In this document: piece after piece, positions 1-9,297 of the stretch | Position numbering within the stretch: position 1 is the stretch's first letter | Layout of the letters: each line of letters starts with the position of its first letter | Assembly: GCA_963707025.1 (NCBI GenBank) | Contig: CAVPOM010000012.1 | Location: forward strand, 352,001 to 416,000 | Length of the DNA: 64,000 nt | Origin: an uncultured Verrucomicrobiae bacterium | GTDB lineage: Bacteria; Verrucomicrobiota; Verrucomicrobiia; Limisphaerales; Palsa-1400 | Reading direction: 5' to 3' | Made by a program: the position numbers and the translations under genes | Notes under the pieces: model-generated | The model's input: only the letters and a program-made list of their open reading frames with translations | Databases searched by the model: none | Told to the model about the DNA's origin: nothing

Positions 1-22
1 GCACGGAGTGCGCGCCCTACCT
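1..22. repeat. Partial REP-like palindromic element (ends in CTAC, i.e. GTAG on the minus strand)
   Basis: gcacggagtgcgcgccctacc at the window edge resembles GTAG-family REP elements; truncated, so the pairing partner is not visible. Confidence 0.3.
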
Positions 23-128
23 CCCTCGTTTCGCCTCCATCATTTCTTAAACCGCTTTGGAAGGTGAACTTTTTTTGAGGCGGAGTGGACCAGGAATCCG
101 CCGGAAAAATTCAAATTAAGGCACTATC

Positions 129-419
129 AAAAGATTGGAGCATTTCCAATAACAGTGCAGCATAAGAGTGCAGCCATAATGCCTGGTCAGGATGTGATGA
201 ACTGGTTCGCCTCCTGCATTCACAATTCCATTTAAACTGCTCGAATCACTTTGAGGAAAAGGCTTGCCCACATTGCCAACCTTCAATGTGGGCAAGCTCA
301 TTTTAACAACGCACTTGAATCTGTCGAGATAAAAGATTGGAGCATTGCCAATAAGAGTGGAGCATAAAAGTGCGGCCATAATGCCTGGTCAGGATGCGAT
401 GAACTGGTGTGCCTCGTGC
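129..419. repeat. Imperfect direct repeat, 2 x ~89 bp (129-217 and 331-419)
   Basis: aaaagattggagcattKccaataa...gccataatgcctggtcaggatgYgatgaactggt occurs twice, 202 bp apart, in AT-rich intergenic DNA. Confidence 0.85.
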
Positions 420-443
420 GGCTGCAGCTTTGTTAAAACCGCT

Positions 444-500
444 TTAAGGATCGGGGGTTTTCCGCGCTTGCAAGAATTTCAACCCGGCGGCGGCGCTGGC
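444..500 (-). pseudogene. Detached 3' end (18 codons + TAA) of the TPR lipoprotein gene, cut off by the IS3 insertion
   Basis: Removing the IS and one GTA copy continues the frame: ...CLEY-ASAAAGLKFLQARKTPDP*. Confidence 0.8.
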
Positions 501-584
501 GTATGAGGGGGTCCCCAAAAACTAGACCACTGCTGAAGAAGATAGACTTTTGTTGGTCTGCTGGAAATGAGAGAAAGCAGACTG

Positions 585-875
585 ATGAAAACAAAACGGA
601 AGCGGCACAGTGCGGCCTTCAAGGCCAAAGTGGGATTCGAAGCCCTGGTGGGGCTTAAGACGGTCGCGCAGCTGGCGCGAGAGTACGCGGTGCATCCGAC
701 CCAGGTCACGCAATGGAAAGCGACGATTCGCGACCGGTTGCCCGACCTGTTTGAGGCGGGGCATGCGGGCAGCGCAGACCAGGAGGAGTTGATCGGGCAA
801 TTGCACCAGAAGATCGGGCAGTTGACGGTGGACCTGGACTGGCTGAAAAAAAAATCCAAACAACTGGGCCTTTAA
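585..875 (+). CDS. IS3 transposase OrfA (HTH); alternative start at 567
   Basis: KRKRHSAAFKAKV...VAQLAREYAVHPTQVTQWK...LHQKIGQLTVDLDWLKKK, typical IS3 OrfA. Confidence 0.92.
   Translation: MKTKRKRHSAAFKAKVGFEALVGLKTVAQLAREYAVHPTQVTQWKATIRDRLPDLFEAGHAGSADQEELIGQLHQKIGQLTVDLDWLKKKSKQLGL
846..854 (+). other. A9 slippery site for programmed -1 frameshift giving OrfAB
   Basis: A9 at the end of orfA; orfB is in the -1 frame and open from this point. Confidence 0.8.
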
Positions 876-889
876 AGAGCCTGGCGGAG

Positions 890-1795
890 TTGGTCGGCCC
901 GGATGCGCAGGTGAGCGTGCGGCATCAGTGCGACCTGCTGGATTTATGCCGGAGCAGTTACTATTACCAACCGTGCCCCGAGACGCCGGAGAATCTGGCG
1001 CTGATGCGGCGTTTGGACCAGTTGCACTTGGACCATCCGGTCTATGGCAGCCGCAAGTTGCGGGTGCTGTTGGGCCGGGAGGGCTGGGAAGTCAATCGCA
1101 AGCGGGTGGTGCGGCTGTTGCGGGTCATGGGCATCGAGGCCATCTACCGCAAACCCCGGACCAGCCTGCCGGGGCCGGGCCATCAGATCTATCCGTATCT
1201 GTTGGGCGAGTTGGAGATCACCGGGCCCGATCAGGCTTGGTGCGCGGACATCACCTATGTGCCGATGGCACAGGGGTTTATGTATCTGGTGGCGGTGATG
1301 GATTGGTGGAGCCGGTATGTGCTGGCGTGGCGCTTGAGCAACACGTTGGAGAGCGCCTTCTGCGTGGACGCCTGGGAAGCGGCGCTGCAGAGCGGGCGGA
1401 AGGCCCCGCTGATCGCCAACACCGACCAGGGGTCGCAGTTCACTTCGCCGCTGTATATCGACGCGGTGGAATCGGCGGGGGTGGACGTGAGCATGGATGG
1501 CCGGGGGCGGTGGATGGACAACCGGTTTATCGAGCGGTTGTGGCGGAGCGTCAAGCATGAGGACATATATCTGCAAGATTACCTGGACGGGATCGAGGCC
1601 GGGCGCGGGCTGGCGCGCTGGTTTGAGGATTACAACCGGTTGCGTCCGCACGCGGCTTTGCACTATGCGACGCCCGCGGCCGTGTATTCTGATCCCGGGG
1701 CCTACGGAGCCCAACCGGCCCGATGGGAAGCGATGCAGCCCAAGGGAGGCTCGGCGGGCCGGAAAAACTTGAAATCAGACCGCCTGCGGCGGTAA
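890..1795 (+). CDS. IS3 transposase OrfB (rve/DDE integrase core)
   Basis: WCADITY, NTDQGSQFTS, DNRFIERLWRSVKHE, YNRLRPH motifs. Confidence 0.95.
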   Translation: MVGPDAQVSVRHQCDLLDLCRSSYYYQPCPETPENLALMRRLDQLHLDHPVYGSRKLRVLLGREGWEVNRKRVVRLLRVMGIEAIYRKPRTSLPGPGHQIYPYLLGELEITGPDQAWCADITYVPMAQGFMYLVAVMDWWSRYVLAWRLSNTLESAFCVDAWEAALQSGRKAPLIANTDQGSQFTSPLYIDAVESAGVDVSMDGRGRWMDNRFIERLWRSVKHEDIYLQDYLDGIEAGRGLARWFEDYNRLRPHAALHYATPAAVYSDPGAYGAQPARWEAMQPKGGSAGRKNLKSDRLRR

Positions 1796-1977
1796 GGTTG
1801 GAAACCCTAAGAAAACGGAGAGGGAGGACGGGCGGTGCCAGGCGCGGCTCGTTCTCTCTTTTCGAAAGGGTTTGGAAGCGCGGAATGAACAACAGACAAA
1901 CAAAAATACAAATGACAGCGGACCTCCAGAGTCTATCTTATTCTCCGCGCTCCGTGGTCTAAAGGATGGGGTCCACC

Positions 1978-4119
1978 TCAGTATTCCAGGCAGGCCGTTT
2001 CATGGGCGGCGATGGCTTTTTGGAAATCATCGGCGGCCGCGGACTTGTCGCCGGCCAGGAGGCGTTTTGAACCGGCGTAAAACCAGGCCTGGCACATTTG
2101 CCTGGCTTCGGTGGGCCGGTCCGCATTTTTGGCGGCGGCCAGAAATTCCGGTTCGGCCAGTTGACCGGCGAGGAAATGGCCGATTTGGGAAGCCCAGCCG
2201 CCGGGCTGGCCGTTGGCGCGGCCGGCCAGAGAAGTTTGCAACTCGGCGGTGGCGGCCGCCGCCTCGCCCAGCCAGGCGCGGGTCAGGCAGAGGCGGAAAC
2301 GGGCATAATCATTGGCGGCATTGCACTCCAGCGCCTGGCGGAAATCCGCCAAGGCCGCGGTGAATTCGCGCGCGTCATAACGGAGGCAGCCGCGATTGTG
2401 CCAGGCCCAGGCATATTTTGGATTTAGCTCGATGGCTTTGGCGTAATCGGCGCCGGCGCCGTCGCGGTCGCCTTTGGCATTCCTGGCGCGGCCACGATTG
2501 TTGTAGGCGGTCGCGTCATTGGGTTTGAGTTGGATGGCTTTGGTGAAGTCGGCGATGGCGCCGTCCAGGTCGCCTTTGACCAGTCTGGCGCCACCGCGAG
2601 AGTGCCAGGCCTCGGCCAAACCGGGTTTGAGTTGGAGGGCTTGGGTGCAGTCGGCGATGGCGCCGTCGCGGTCGCCTTTGGCCAGCCTGGCCGCGCCGCG
2701 AATGTAGTACGCGGTCGCGTCATCCGGTTTGAGTTGGATGGATTTGGTGGAGTCGGCGATGGCGCCGTCCATGTCGCCTTTGGCTTGTCTGGCCAGGCCG
2801 CGATTGTGGAAGGCAAAGGCATAATCGGGTTTGAGTTGAATGGCTTGGGAAAAATCCGCAATGGCGCCGTCCAGGTCGCCTTTGGCTTTCCTGGCCAGGC
2901 CGCGATCGTAGCAGGCCAGCGCATAATCGGGTTTGAGTTGGAGGGCTTGGCTGTAGTCGGCGATGGCGCCGTTTAGGTCGCCCCGCGCTTTTCTGGCATT
3001 GCCGCGATTGTTGTAAACTGCCGCTGAATCCGGTTTGAGTTCAATGGCCTTGGTGTAGTCGGCGATGGCGCCGTCCAGGTCGCCTTTGGCTTGCCGGGCG
3101 ACGCCGCGATTGTAGCAGGCCAGCGCAGAGTCGGGCTTGAGTTGGAGGGCTTTGGTGTAGTCGGCGATGGCGCCGTCCAAGTCGCCCTGGACTTGTTTGG
3201 CAACGCCACGATTGTAGCAGGCATGCACAAAATCCGGTTTGAGCAGGATGGCCTGGGTGTAGTCGGCGATGGCCTCCTCCAGCTCGCCTTTGGCTTTGCG
3301 GGCATTGCCGCGATTGAAGAAGGCCCCGGCCTCAGCCGGTCGGAGTTGGATGGCTCGGGTGTCGTCGGCGATGGCGCCGTCCAGGTCGCCTTTGGCCTGC
3401 CTGGCCAGGGCGCGATTGATGATGGCCAGGGCAAAATCGGGTTGGAGCGCGATGGCTTTGGTCTGGTCGGCGATGGCGCCGTCCCAGTCGCCATTGGCCA
3501 GCCGGGCATTGCCGCGATTGCAGTAGGCGATGGCGTAATCGGGTTGGAGCGCGATGGCTTTGCTGAAATCGGCCAGCGCGTCGTCCAAATCGCCTTTGGC
3601 TTTCCGGGCCACGGCGCGATTGTTGTAGGAAGCGGCTGAATCCGGTTTGAGTGCGATGACCTGGCTGTAGTCGGCGATGGCGCCGTCCAGGTCGCCTTTG
3701 GCTTGGCGGGCATGGCCGCGAGCGTCCCAGGCGAGGGAATCCTTCGCATTTAATTTGATGGCCTGATCGTAATCGGCGATGGCGCCGTTCAAGTCGCCTT
3801 TGGCCTGCCTGGCCAGGCCGCGCGCGTCATAGGCAGGCGCCAACGCCGGCTGCAGCCCGATGGCGTGGTCGTAGTCGGCGATGGCGCCGTCCCAGTCGCC
3901 CTTGGCTTGCCTGGCATTGCCGCGAGCGCCGTAGGCATCGGCATCATTCGGATTGAGTTGGATGGCTTTGGTGAAGTCGGCGATGGCGCCGTCCCAGTCG
4001 CCCTTGGCTTGCCTGGCATCGCCGCCATGGAAGTAATCAACCGGCCGGTGCGAACAGGAGGCGGCGGCCAGGGTCAGGAACAAGGCCGTGAGCAGCGAAA
4101 ATTTACCGGGGTGGCTCAT
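1978..4119 (-). CDS. Tetratricopeptide-repeat lipoprotein (about 17 TPRs, NlpI-like C-terminus), C-terminally truncated by IS3
   Basis: 34-aa/102-bp repeats (GDLDGAIADYxxAIxLxP); N-terminal hydrophobic stretch with LAAASC lipobox; GGAAGG upstream of ATG 4119; stop codon TGA supplied by the IS end. Confidence 0.9.
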   Translation of the reverse strand: MSHPGKFSLLTALFLTLAAASCSHRPVDYFHGGDARQAKGDWDGAIADFTKAIQLNPNDADAYGARGNARQAKGDWDGAIADYDHAIGLQPALAPAYDARGLARQAKGDLNGAIADYDQAIKLNAKDSLAWDARGHARQAKGDLDGAIADYSQVIALKPDSAASYNNRAVARKAKGDLDDALADFSKAIALQPDYAIAYCNRGNARLANGDWDGAIADQTKAIALQPDFALAIINRALARQAKGDLDGAIADDTRAIQLRPAEAGAFFNRGNARKAKGELEEAIADYTQAILLKPDFVHACYNRGVAKQVQGDLDGAIADYTKALQLKPDSALACYNRGVARQAKGDLDGAIADYTKAIELKPDSAAVYNNRGNARKARGDLNGAIADYSQALQLKPDYALACYDRGLARKAKGDLDGAIADFSQAIQLKPDYAFAFHNRGLARQAKGDMDGAIADSTKSIQLKPDDATAYYIRGAARLAKGDRDGAIADCTQALQLKPGLAEAWHSRGGARLVKGDLDGAIADFTKAIQLKPNDATAYNNRGRARNAKGDRDGAGADYAKAIELNPKYAWAWHNRGCLRYDAREFTAALADFRQALECNAANDYARFRLCLTRAWLGEAAAATAELQTSLAGRANGQPGGWASQIGHFLAGQLAEPEFLAAAKNADRPTEARQMCQAWFYAGSKRLLAGDKSAAADDFQKAIAAHETACLEY

Positions 4120-4490
4120 ATTTTTTCCTTCCAAGTTCAAGTTGCGCAGTTGCTGGACCATGGTGACGGAGTAATTTTCGCCGTTGGCAGGTTTGACTCA
4201 AAAGCGCTGATTTCAATTCAACGGCATTCGGCGGAGGATGCAAAGCCTGTGTTGGTTTGGCGTTGCAAACCTGCCACGGCGGGAATGAAAAGCAAGCACG
4301 CCGCGCGGCAGTGTGCTGATTTGATTGCTGTAGTGCCGGCGCCGTGCGCCCATTTCGAGCCACAGGCTCGACGCTGCAAAAAAGCAGGACACCATGCGCC
4401 CGGCGGGAGGCCGGGCCGGGCGGATGGGGAATTGGGCTTTGCAATTCCGGGCTTGCCCGATGAGCCGAACAGAGTTAGGTAAGGGTTGCT

Positions 4491-5954
4491 ATGTCTAATC
4501 CATATTCCAGGCGTCCCTCACCCTTGGCGACGGTTCGAACCGCGGTGACAACTCTCCGGATCAACCGGCGGCGGTTCATTTATTCCTCCGCGCTGGCGGC
4601 GGGGGCATTGGCCACGCGGCTGACGCCGGCCGACGCCGGTGTCAAGTTGAAATCACCCAATGAGAAGCTGGATATCGGGTGCATCGGGGTGGGAGGCTGG
4701 CGGGGACCGCAGGATGTCTCCGGGCTGGCGGACGTGGATGAGAAACGGGTTCCGCAGCAGAATATCGTGGCGCTGTGCGACGTGGATGAGAATAATTTGA
4801 AGGCTTGGGCGCAGGCGTTGCCGGCGGCCAAGCTTTACAAGGATTACCGGGAGATGCTGGACAAGGAGAAGACGCTGGACGCGGTGAGCGTGACCATACC
4901 GGATCATCAACACGGGCCGGCGGCCATGATGGCCATGGCCCTGGGCAAGCATGTTTATTGCGAGAAGCCGCTGACCCATTCGGTCTGGGAAACGCGCCAG
5001 TTGACGCTGGCGGCGCGCAAGTACGGGGTGGTGACGCAAATGGGCAACCAGGGGCATGCCATGGAAGACAACCGGCGTCTGTGCGAAATGATCGCCGCCG
5101 GGGCGATTGGCGCGGTGCGCGAAGTTCATTGCTGGACCGACCGGCCCGTGCATGTCGAGGGGGGGCCGGGTTGGGTGCAGGGCCATGAGCGCCCGCCGGG
5201 GGAAGATCCCGTGCCGCCCACCTTGGATTGGAATTTGTGGCTGGGTCCGGCGCCGAGCCGTCCCTACGTGGCCGGCTGGCCGGAGGACCGGACGGTGCCG
5301 GTTTATTGCCCGCATGTCTGGCGGGGTTGGTGGGATTTTGGCTGCGGCGCCATCGGCGACATGGCCTGCCATATCATGGACGGCCCGTACTGGGCCTTGA
5401 ACCTGGGCGCTCCGACCACGGTGGAGCTGCTCCGGTCTTCCAAACTGATGCCGGAAATGGCGCCGTGGGCGTCGGTGATCAAATATCAATTCCCGGCGCG
5501 CGGTGACATGCCGGCGTGCAGCCTGACGTGGTACGACGGCGGCCAGAAGCCGTCCAAACCGGCGGAAATGGAAGCGGCGCAACTGGACGACAACGGCGCG
5601 CTGCTGATTGGCGACAAGGGAAAGATCGTCGCCGGCACCTATGGCGACAGTCCGCATTTGTTGCCGGAGTCCAAGATGGTGGATTACAAGCGGCCGGCGC
5701 AGACGATCCCGCGGGTGCCCGGCAACAGCCCGCACAAGGATTTTATCCGGGCGTGCAAAGGCGGCCCGGCGCCTTGTTCGAATTTCGACATTTCCGGCCC
5801 GTTCACAGAGATGGCCTTGCTGGGCAATGTCGCCTTGCGCCTGGGCAAGAAAATTGAATGGGACCCGGTCCATCTGAAATGTCCGGGCACACCGGAGGCG
5901 GATGCGATCCTCCATCCGACGTTTCGCGAGGGTTGGAAGGTGTCGCCGGCGTAG
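4491..5954 (+). CDS. Gfo/Idh/MocA-family oxidoreductase with probable Tat signal
   Basis: INRRRFI twin-arginine; IGCIGVGG Rossmann motif; PDHQH, HVYCEKPLTH, GAIGDMACH. Confidence 0.92.
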   Translation: MSNPYSRRPSPLATVRTAVTTLRINRRRFIYSSALAAGALATRLTPADAGVKLKSPNEKLDIGCIGVGGWRGPQDVSGLADVDEKRVPQQNIVALCDVDENNLKAWAQALPAAKLYKDYREMLDKEKTLDAVSVTIPDHQHGPAAMMAMALGKHVYCEKPLTHSVWETRQLTLAARKYGVVTQMGNQGHAMEDNRRLCEMIAAGAIGAVREVHCWTDRPVHVEGGPGWVQGHERPPGEDPVPPTLDWNLWLGPAPSRPYVAGWPEDRTVPVYCPHVWRGWWDFGCGAIGDMACHIMDGPYWALNLGAPTTVELLRSSKLMPEMAPWASVIKYQFPARGDMPACSLTWYDGGQKPSKPAEMEAAQLDDNGALLIGDKGKIVAGTYGDSPHLLPESKMVDYKRPAQTIPRVPGNSPHKDFIRACKGGPAPCSNFDISGPFTEMALLGNVALRLGKKIEWDPVHLKCPGTPEADAILHPTFREGWKVSPA

Positions 5955-6012
5955 CGCCCGCCGTTTTTTGGGCGGCGGTCCGTGGCCGCTTTGCTTCCCC
6001 GTCATCCTGGTT

Positions 6013-7539
6013 TCAAGCCGGATTTAATTGCTGCAACAGGGCGCGGCCGGCGGCGCGCAGGATTTCCAGATGGGCCTTGGACCTGGCTTCGATGTAACAA
6101 CGCACCAGCGGCTCGGTGGCGCTGGCCCGGAAGGCAACCCATTCTTGTTTCGGCAGGAGAAATTTGCAGGCGTCGGTGGTGATGCATTTTTCGACGGGGA
6201 ATTCGCCAACGCTTTTCAGCCCTTCGGCCAGGCGCGCCAGGAGCCTCTCCTTTTTTTCAGGAGCAACGGGGAGGCTGATGCGCCCGGTGTAAAATGGGCC
6301 GGTCTGTCTGGCCAGTTCCTTGAGGATTTGACCCAACGATTTTCGCATGGTCGCCACCAATTCGGCCATCAAAAGACAGGCCAGGATGCCGTCCTTCTCC
6401 GGCACATGGCCCTGGACGCTCAGGCCGCCGGATTCGTCGCCGCCCACGATGACCGGCTCAGCTTCCATGAGCGCGCCGATGTAGCTAAAGCCGGCCGGCG
6501 TCTCGCGGACTGCGACGCCGAAAAGCCGCGCCACCGCGTCCACCTGGTGGCTGGTCAGCACGGTGCGGACGACGGAGCCGGTCCAGCCGCGATTTTTTTT
6601 CAGATGATAAAGAGCCAGGGCCAGAATTTGGTTGGGGGCGAGCCAGGCGCCGTCGTTGTCCACCACCCCAAAACGGCCGGCGTCGCCGCCGGTGGCCAGC
6701 CCCAGTTGGGCCTTGCCGCGGCGAATGGCCTGGCGCACTTCGGTGAGAAGTGCCGCGCCCGGCTCGGGCGGGTGGCCGCCGAAGAAAACGTCGGATTCGG
6801 TGTGGAAGACGGTGATTTTGGCGCCGGCCTTGAGGAGAAGCGCGTCCAGATAACCGCGGCCGCATCCGTGCATCAAATCCAGGGCGATGCGCAGGCGCGC
6901 CTTTTTGATGGCGGCGAAATCCACCAGCTTTTCCATCTGCTTAAAATAATCGGGCTGCGCATCCATGGTTTTGGCCTGGAAAGTCCCGGTGACGACCGCC
7001 GGGAAGTTCCAGTTTTCCCGCCGCAAACGGAGGATGGCGGCCTCCATCGCCAGGGTGACTTCCGGGGTGGCGCCCGCGCCATTGCCGAGGGAGAATTGGA
7101 AGCCTGCATACTCCGGCGGATTATGGCCGGCGGCAAGGTTGATGCCGCCGATGGCCCGGCGATGGCGGATGGCCAGGGCCAGGGCGGGCGTCGGGGTGGC
7201 GCGGTGGCACACGAGCGGACTCAATCCGGCGGCGGTCAAAACTTCGGCCGCGGCCAGGGCGAATTGGGGTCCGAGAAAACGGCCGTCGTGGGCAATGATG
7301 AGCCTGGGCGGGCGGCGGCGAAGTGGGGAGTTGGGATGATTAGGATTAAGCTTAGGATTAAGATTATGGTTGGGCGGAGGCCGGTGAAGGGGGGAGTTGG
7401 GATCGGCCGGTTGGGCCTTGGCGTATTCGGCCACGGCCTGGGCGGCCAGGCGGAGGTTGGCGAAGGTGAAATCGCGCGCGATGGCCGCCCGCCAGCCGGC
7501 GGGGCCAAATTTAATGGGAGTGGATCCCGGCGAGTCCAT
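6013..7539 (-). CDS. Phosphoglucomutase/phosphomannomutase-family protein with degenerate catalytic motifs
   Basis: IKFG..GWRA, HDGRF, xxHNPPEY, PPEP, GGDESGG, EKDGI, RASxTEPLVRCYIE; phosphoserine and two metal-loop Asp replaced by Gly. Confidence 0.88.
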   Translation of the reverse strand: MDSPGSTPIKFGPAGWRAAIARDFTFANLRLAAQAVAEYAKAQPADPNSPLHRPPPNHNLNPKLNPNHPNSPLRRRPPRLIIAHDGRFLGPQFALAAAEVLTAAGLSPLVCHRATPTPALALAIRHRRAIGGINLAAGHNPPEYAGFQFSLGNGAGATPEVTLAMEAAILRLRRENWNFPAVVTGTFQAKTMDAQPDYFKQMEKLVDFAAIKKARLRIALDLMHGCGRGYLDALLLKAGAKITVFHTESDVFFGGHPPEPGAALLTEVRQAIRRGKAQLGLATGGDAGRFGVVDNDGAWLAPNQILALALYHLKKNRGWTGSVVRTVLTSHQVDAVARLFGVAVRETPAGFSYIGALMEAEPVIVGGDESGGLSVQGHVPEKDGILACLLMAELVATMRKSLGQILKELARQTGPFYTGRISLPVAPEKKERLLARLAEGLKSVGEFPVEKCITTDACKFLLPKQEWVAFRASATEPLVRCYIEARSKAHLEILRAAGRALLQQLNPA

Positions 7540-7546
7540 TGACCAG

Positions 7547-7933
7547 CTACTGTTTCCAATCGAACGCTTGTTTTTTCAAAGCATAAAGATAGCCGATGAA
7601 GAGGATGCCGAGAAAACAAAACATGGAGCCGAAAATCAGGGAGGCGTCCCAGGCCAGCATGGTGCGGTAGATGATGGCCCAGGGATAAAGAAAGACGACT
7701 TCGATATCGAAAAGAATGAAGAGCATGGCGACCAGATAGAATTTGACGGAGAGCCGGGTGTTGCCTTCGCCGACGGGCAACATGCCGCATTCATAAGCGG
7801 TGTCTTTGATGGCGGATCTTTTGCCGCGTTTGCCGACCAGGACGGAGATGACCAGCGTGCCGGCGGCGAACGAAAGGGCGACCAGGCCCAGAATGGCCAC
7901 CGGAATATATTCCCGCAATTGCATTGGTTCCAT
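7547..7933 (-). CDS. nuoA: NADH-quinone oxidoreductase subunit A
   Basis: AYECG, FYLVAMLFILFDIEVVFLYPWA, three TM helices, KKQAFDW end. Confidence 0.95.
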   Translation of the reverse strand: MEPMQLREYIPVAILGLVALSFAAGTLVISVLVGKRGKRSAIKDTAYECGMLPVGEGNTRLSVKFYLVAMLFILFDIEVVFLYPWAIIYRTMLAWDASLIFGSMFCFLGILFIGYLYALKKQAFDWKQ

Positions 7934-8136
7934 GAGCCAAGGTTAAGAAAGGGCGGGCGGGTTGGCAAGAGCAAAGGGGAAATCAAGTAGCGCGCAGGAC
8001 AAAATTCTCCATTGCCGCGGGTAGAATCAATGATGATTTGGCCCCGGACCCGCGAGGTGCGGGGCGGCGCGGCGGGCGGGCTTCATGCCGGGATGACAGG
8101 CGCGCCTGAAATATTCGTGCAACCCCTCATTCCGGG

Positions 8137-8257
8137 TCAGGGGAGCAGCCGCGGGTCAAAGGTGAATCGCTCCGGCTTGGCAATGGAAATTTTTTTGAAG
8201 CCGGGATGCGCCGGATTGAGCAGGTAGTTCCTTTACGATGCGCCAGGCTTCCGGCAT
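8137..8257 (-). pseudogene. RES-domain toxin remnant (internal deletion plus frameshift)
   Basis: ATG overlaps the antitoxin stop (TGATG); MPEAWRIVK is followed out of frame by NYLLNPAHPGFKKISIAKPERFTFDPRLLP*, the typical RES N- and C-termini. Confidence 0.8.
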
Positions 8258-8781
8258 CAGGAATAAACTCCGTATTCAATGCGACCGAGCAGGTCCTCGA
8301 CTTCGCGCGCGCCCACTTCCGTCCTAGCATAGTCCAGCGGCACCGCGCCGCCCAGCCCGAATTGAGGCGAGGTCAGCCATTGGCGGGCGTTCTCCTCGGA
8401 TTCCATGACCTCAACCGCCTTGCCCATCAGCCGGGCGAACCGCACGACGCGGTCGGATTCAGCGGGTGCAAGCCTTCCGCCGGCCTTGCGGCGATGGAGC
8501 GTGGCCTTGGAGATGCCGAGCATGGGGGCCAGCCTTTCCATCGGGACGGCCAGGCTGGCCTGCAAGTCTCCCAACTCCCGTACCGGCAGCCCGATCTGAA
8601 TCACTGCAATCAGTTTGGACGGGGTAAATGCCGAAGTCTCGTTTTTGCCCTCCGGCCAGCGAACACAAAAGTTGACCACGCCGGCACCGGCCTTCTTGGC
8701 AGGCCACCTGGAGCTTTTGCGGAAATGCGCCGCCGGCGCGCTCAATATTTTCCGCCGCGAGTTGCGCAACGTATGGCTCAT
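8257..8781 (-). CDS. Xre/MbcA/ParS-family antitoxin (DUF2384-type)
   Basis: GISKATLHRRK...ESDRVVR...ARQWL..PQFGLGG..PLDYA.TEVGAREVEDLLGRIEYGVYS. Confidence 0.9.
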   Translation of the reverse strand: MSHTLRNSRRKILSAPAAHFRKSSRWPAKKAGAGVVNFCVRWPEGKNETSAFTPSKLIAVIQIGLPVRELGDLQASLAVPMERLAPMLGISKATLHRRKAGGRLAPAESDRVVRFARLMGKAVEVMESEENARQWLTSPQFGLGGAVPLDYARTEVGAREVEDLLGRIEYGVYS

Positions 8782-8913
8782 TTGAGCCTTTCAAAAGTGC
8801 CATCTGAAACGAATGTCAAGACTCATTTTGAGAGGTTTGTTCGCATCACATCAAAGGCGGGCCAATGTCCCTGACTTTCTCAATCCTTCCGTGAGGGAAC
8901 TGGGGAAGGAAGG

Positions 8914-9144
8914 TTACGCGGCTTGCAGGTCTTCGATGCGCGTAATGTGGAGGATGGCAAAGCGGACGAAGCGTTCGGCGATGCCAACCTGGTCGAGGCC
9001 AAGGCCGATATGAATGTCGTTGCGTCCGACCAGAACCATGTCGTGATTGGTAATTTCGTAATGCGCCCCATCGCGGAGATGGATGACGAACGGCTTGAAA
9101 TCCCTGGCGGTCAATAATTCTCTGATTTGTTCGGCTTTGAACAT
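8914..9144 (-). CDS. Small hypothetical protein (76 aa)
   Basis: MFKAEQIRELLTARDFKPFVIHLRDGAHYEITNHD...HITRIE resembles a small family recalled from PVC genomes; the longer ORF-track extension is an antisense shadow of moxR. Confidence 0.7.
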   Translation of the reverse strand: MFKAEQIRELLTARDFKPFVIHLRDGAHYEITNHDMVLVGRNDIHIGLGLDQVGIAERFVRFAILHITRIEDLQAA

Positions 9145-9297
9145 CGCGCGAATATATCTTTTCGGGTGATATATTTCAAGAAAAGACCGGAGATTCGCGC
9201 CTTGATATGTGGGGCGGGGGTGATAATGTTTTGGCGCGCCATGAGATGAACCGGAAACCTTTTGCCGGCGGCGTGGTTCTAATTGCCAAAACATGCC

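Larger units (their letters stand above)
504..1980 (+). mobile_element. IS3-family insertion sequence, 1477 bp
   Basis: TG...CA ends; IRL TGAGGGGGTCCCCAAAAACTAGACCAC vs IRR(rc) TGAGGTGGACCCCATCCTTTAGACCAC, plus a shared internal AAGATAGACT; GTA duplicated at 501-503 and 1981-1983; orfA/orfB arrangement. Confidence 0.95.

Noticed and set aside
129..419. DGR TR/VR pair or CRISPR repeat
   Set aside because: Mismatches are not adenine-specific, there are only two copies and the unit is too long
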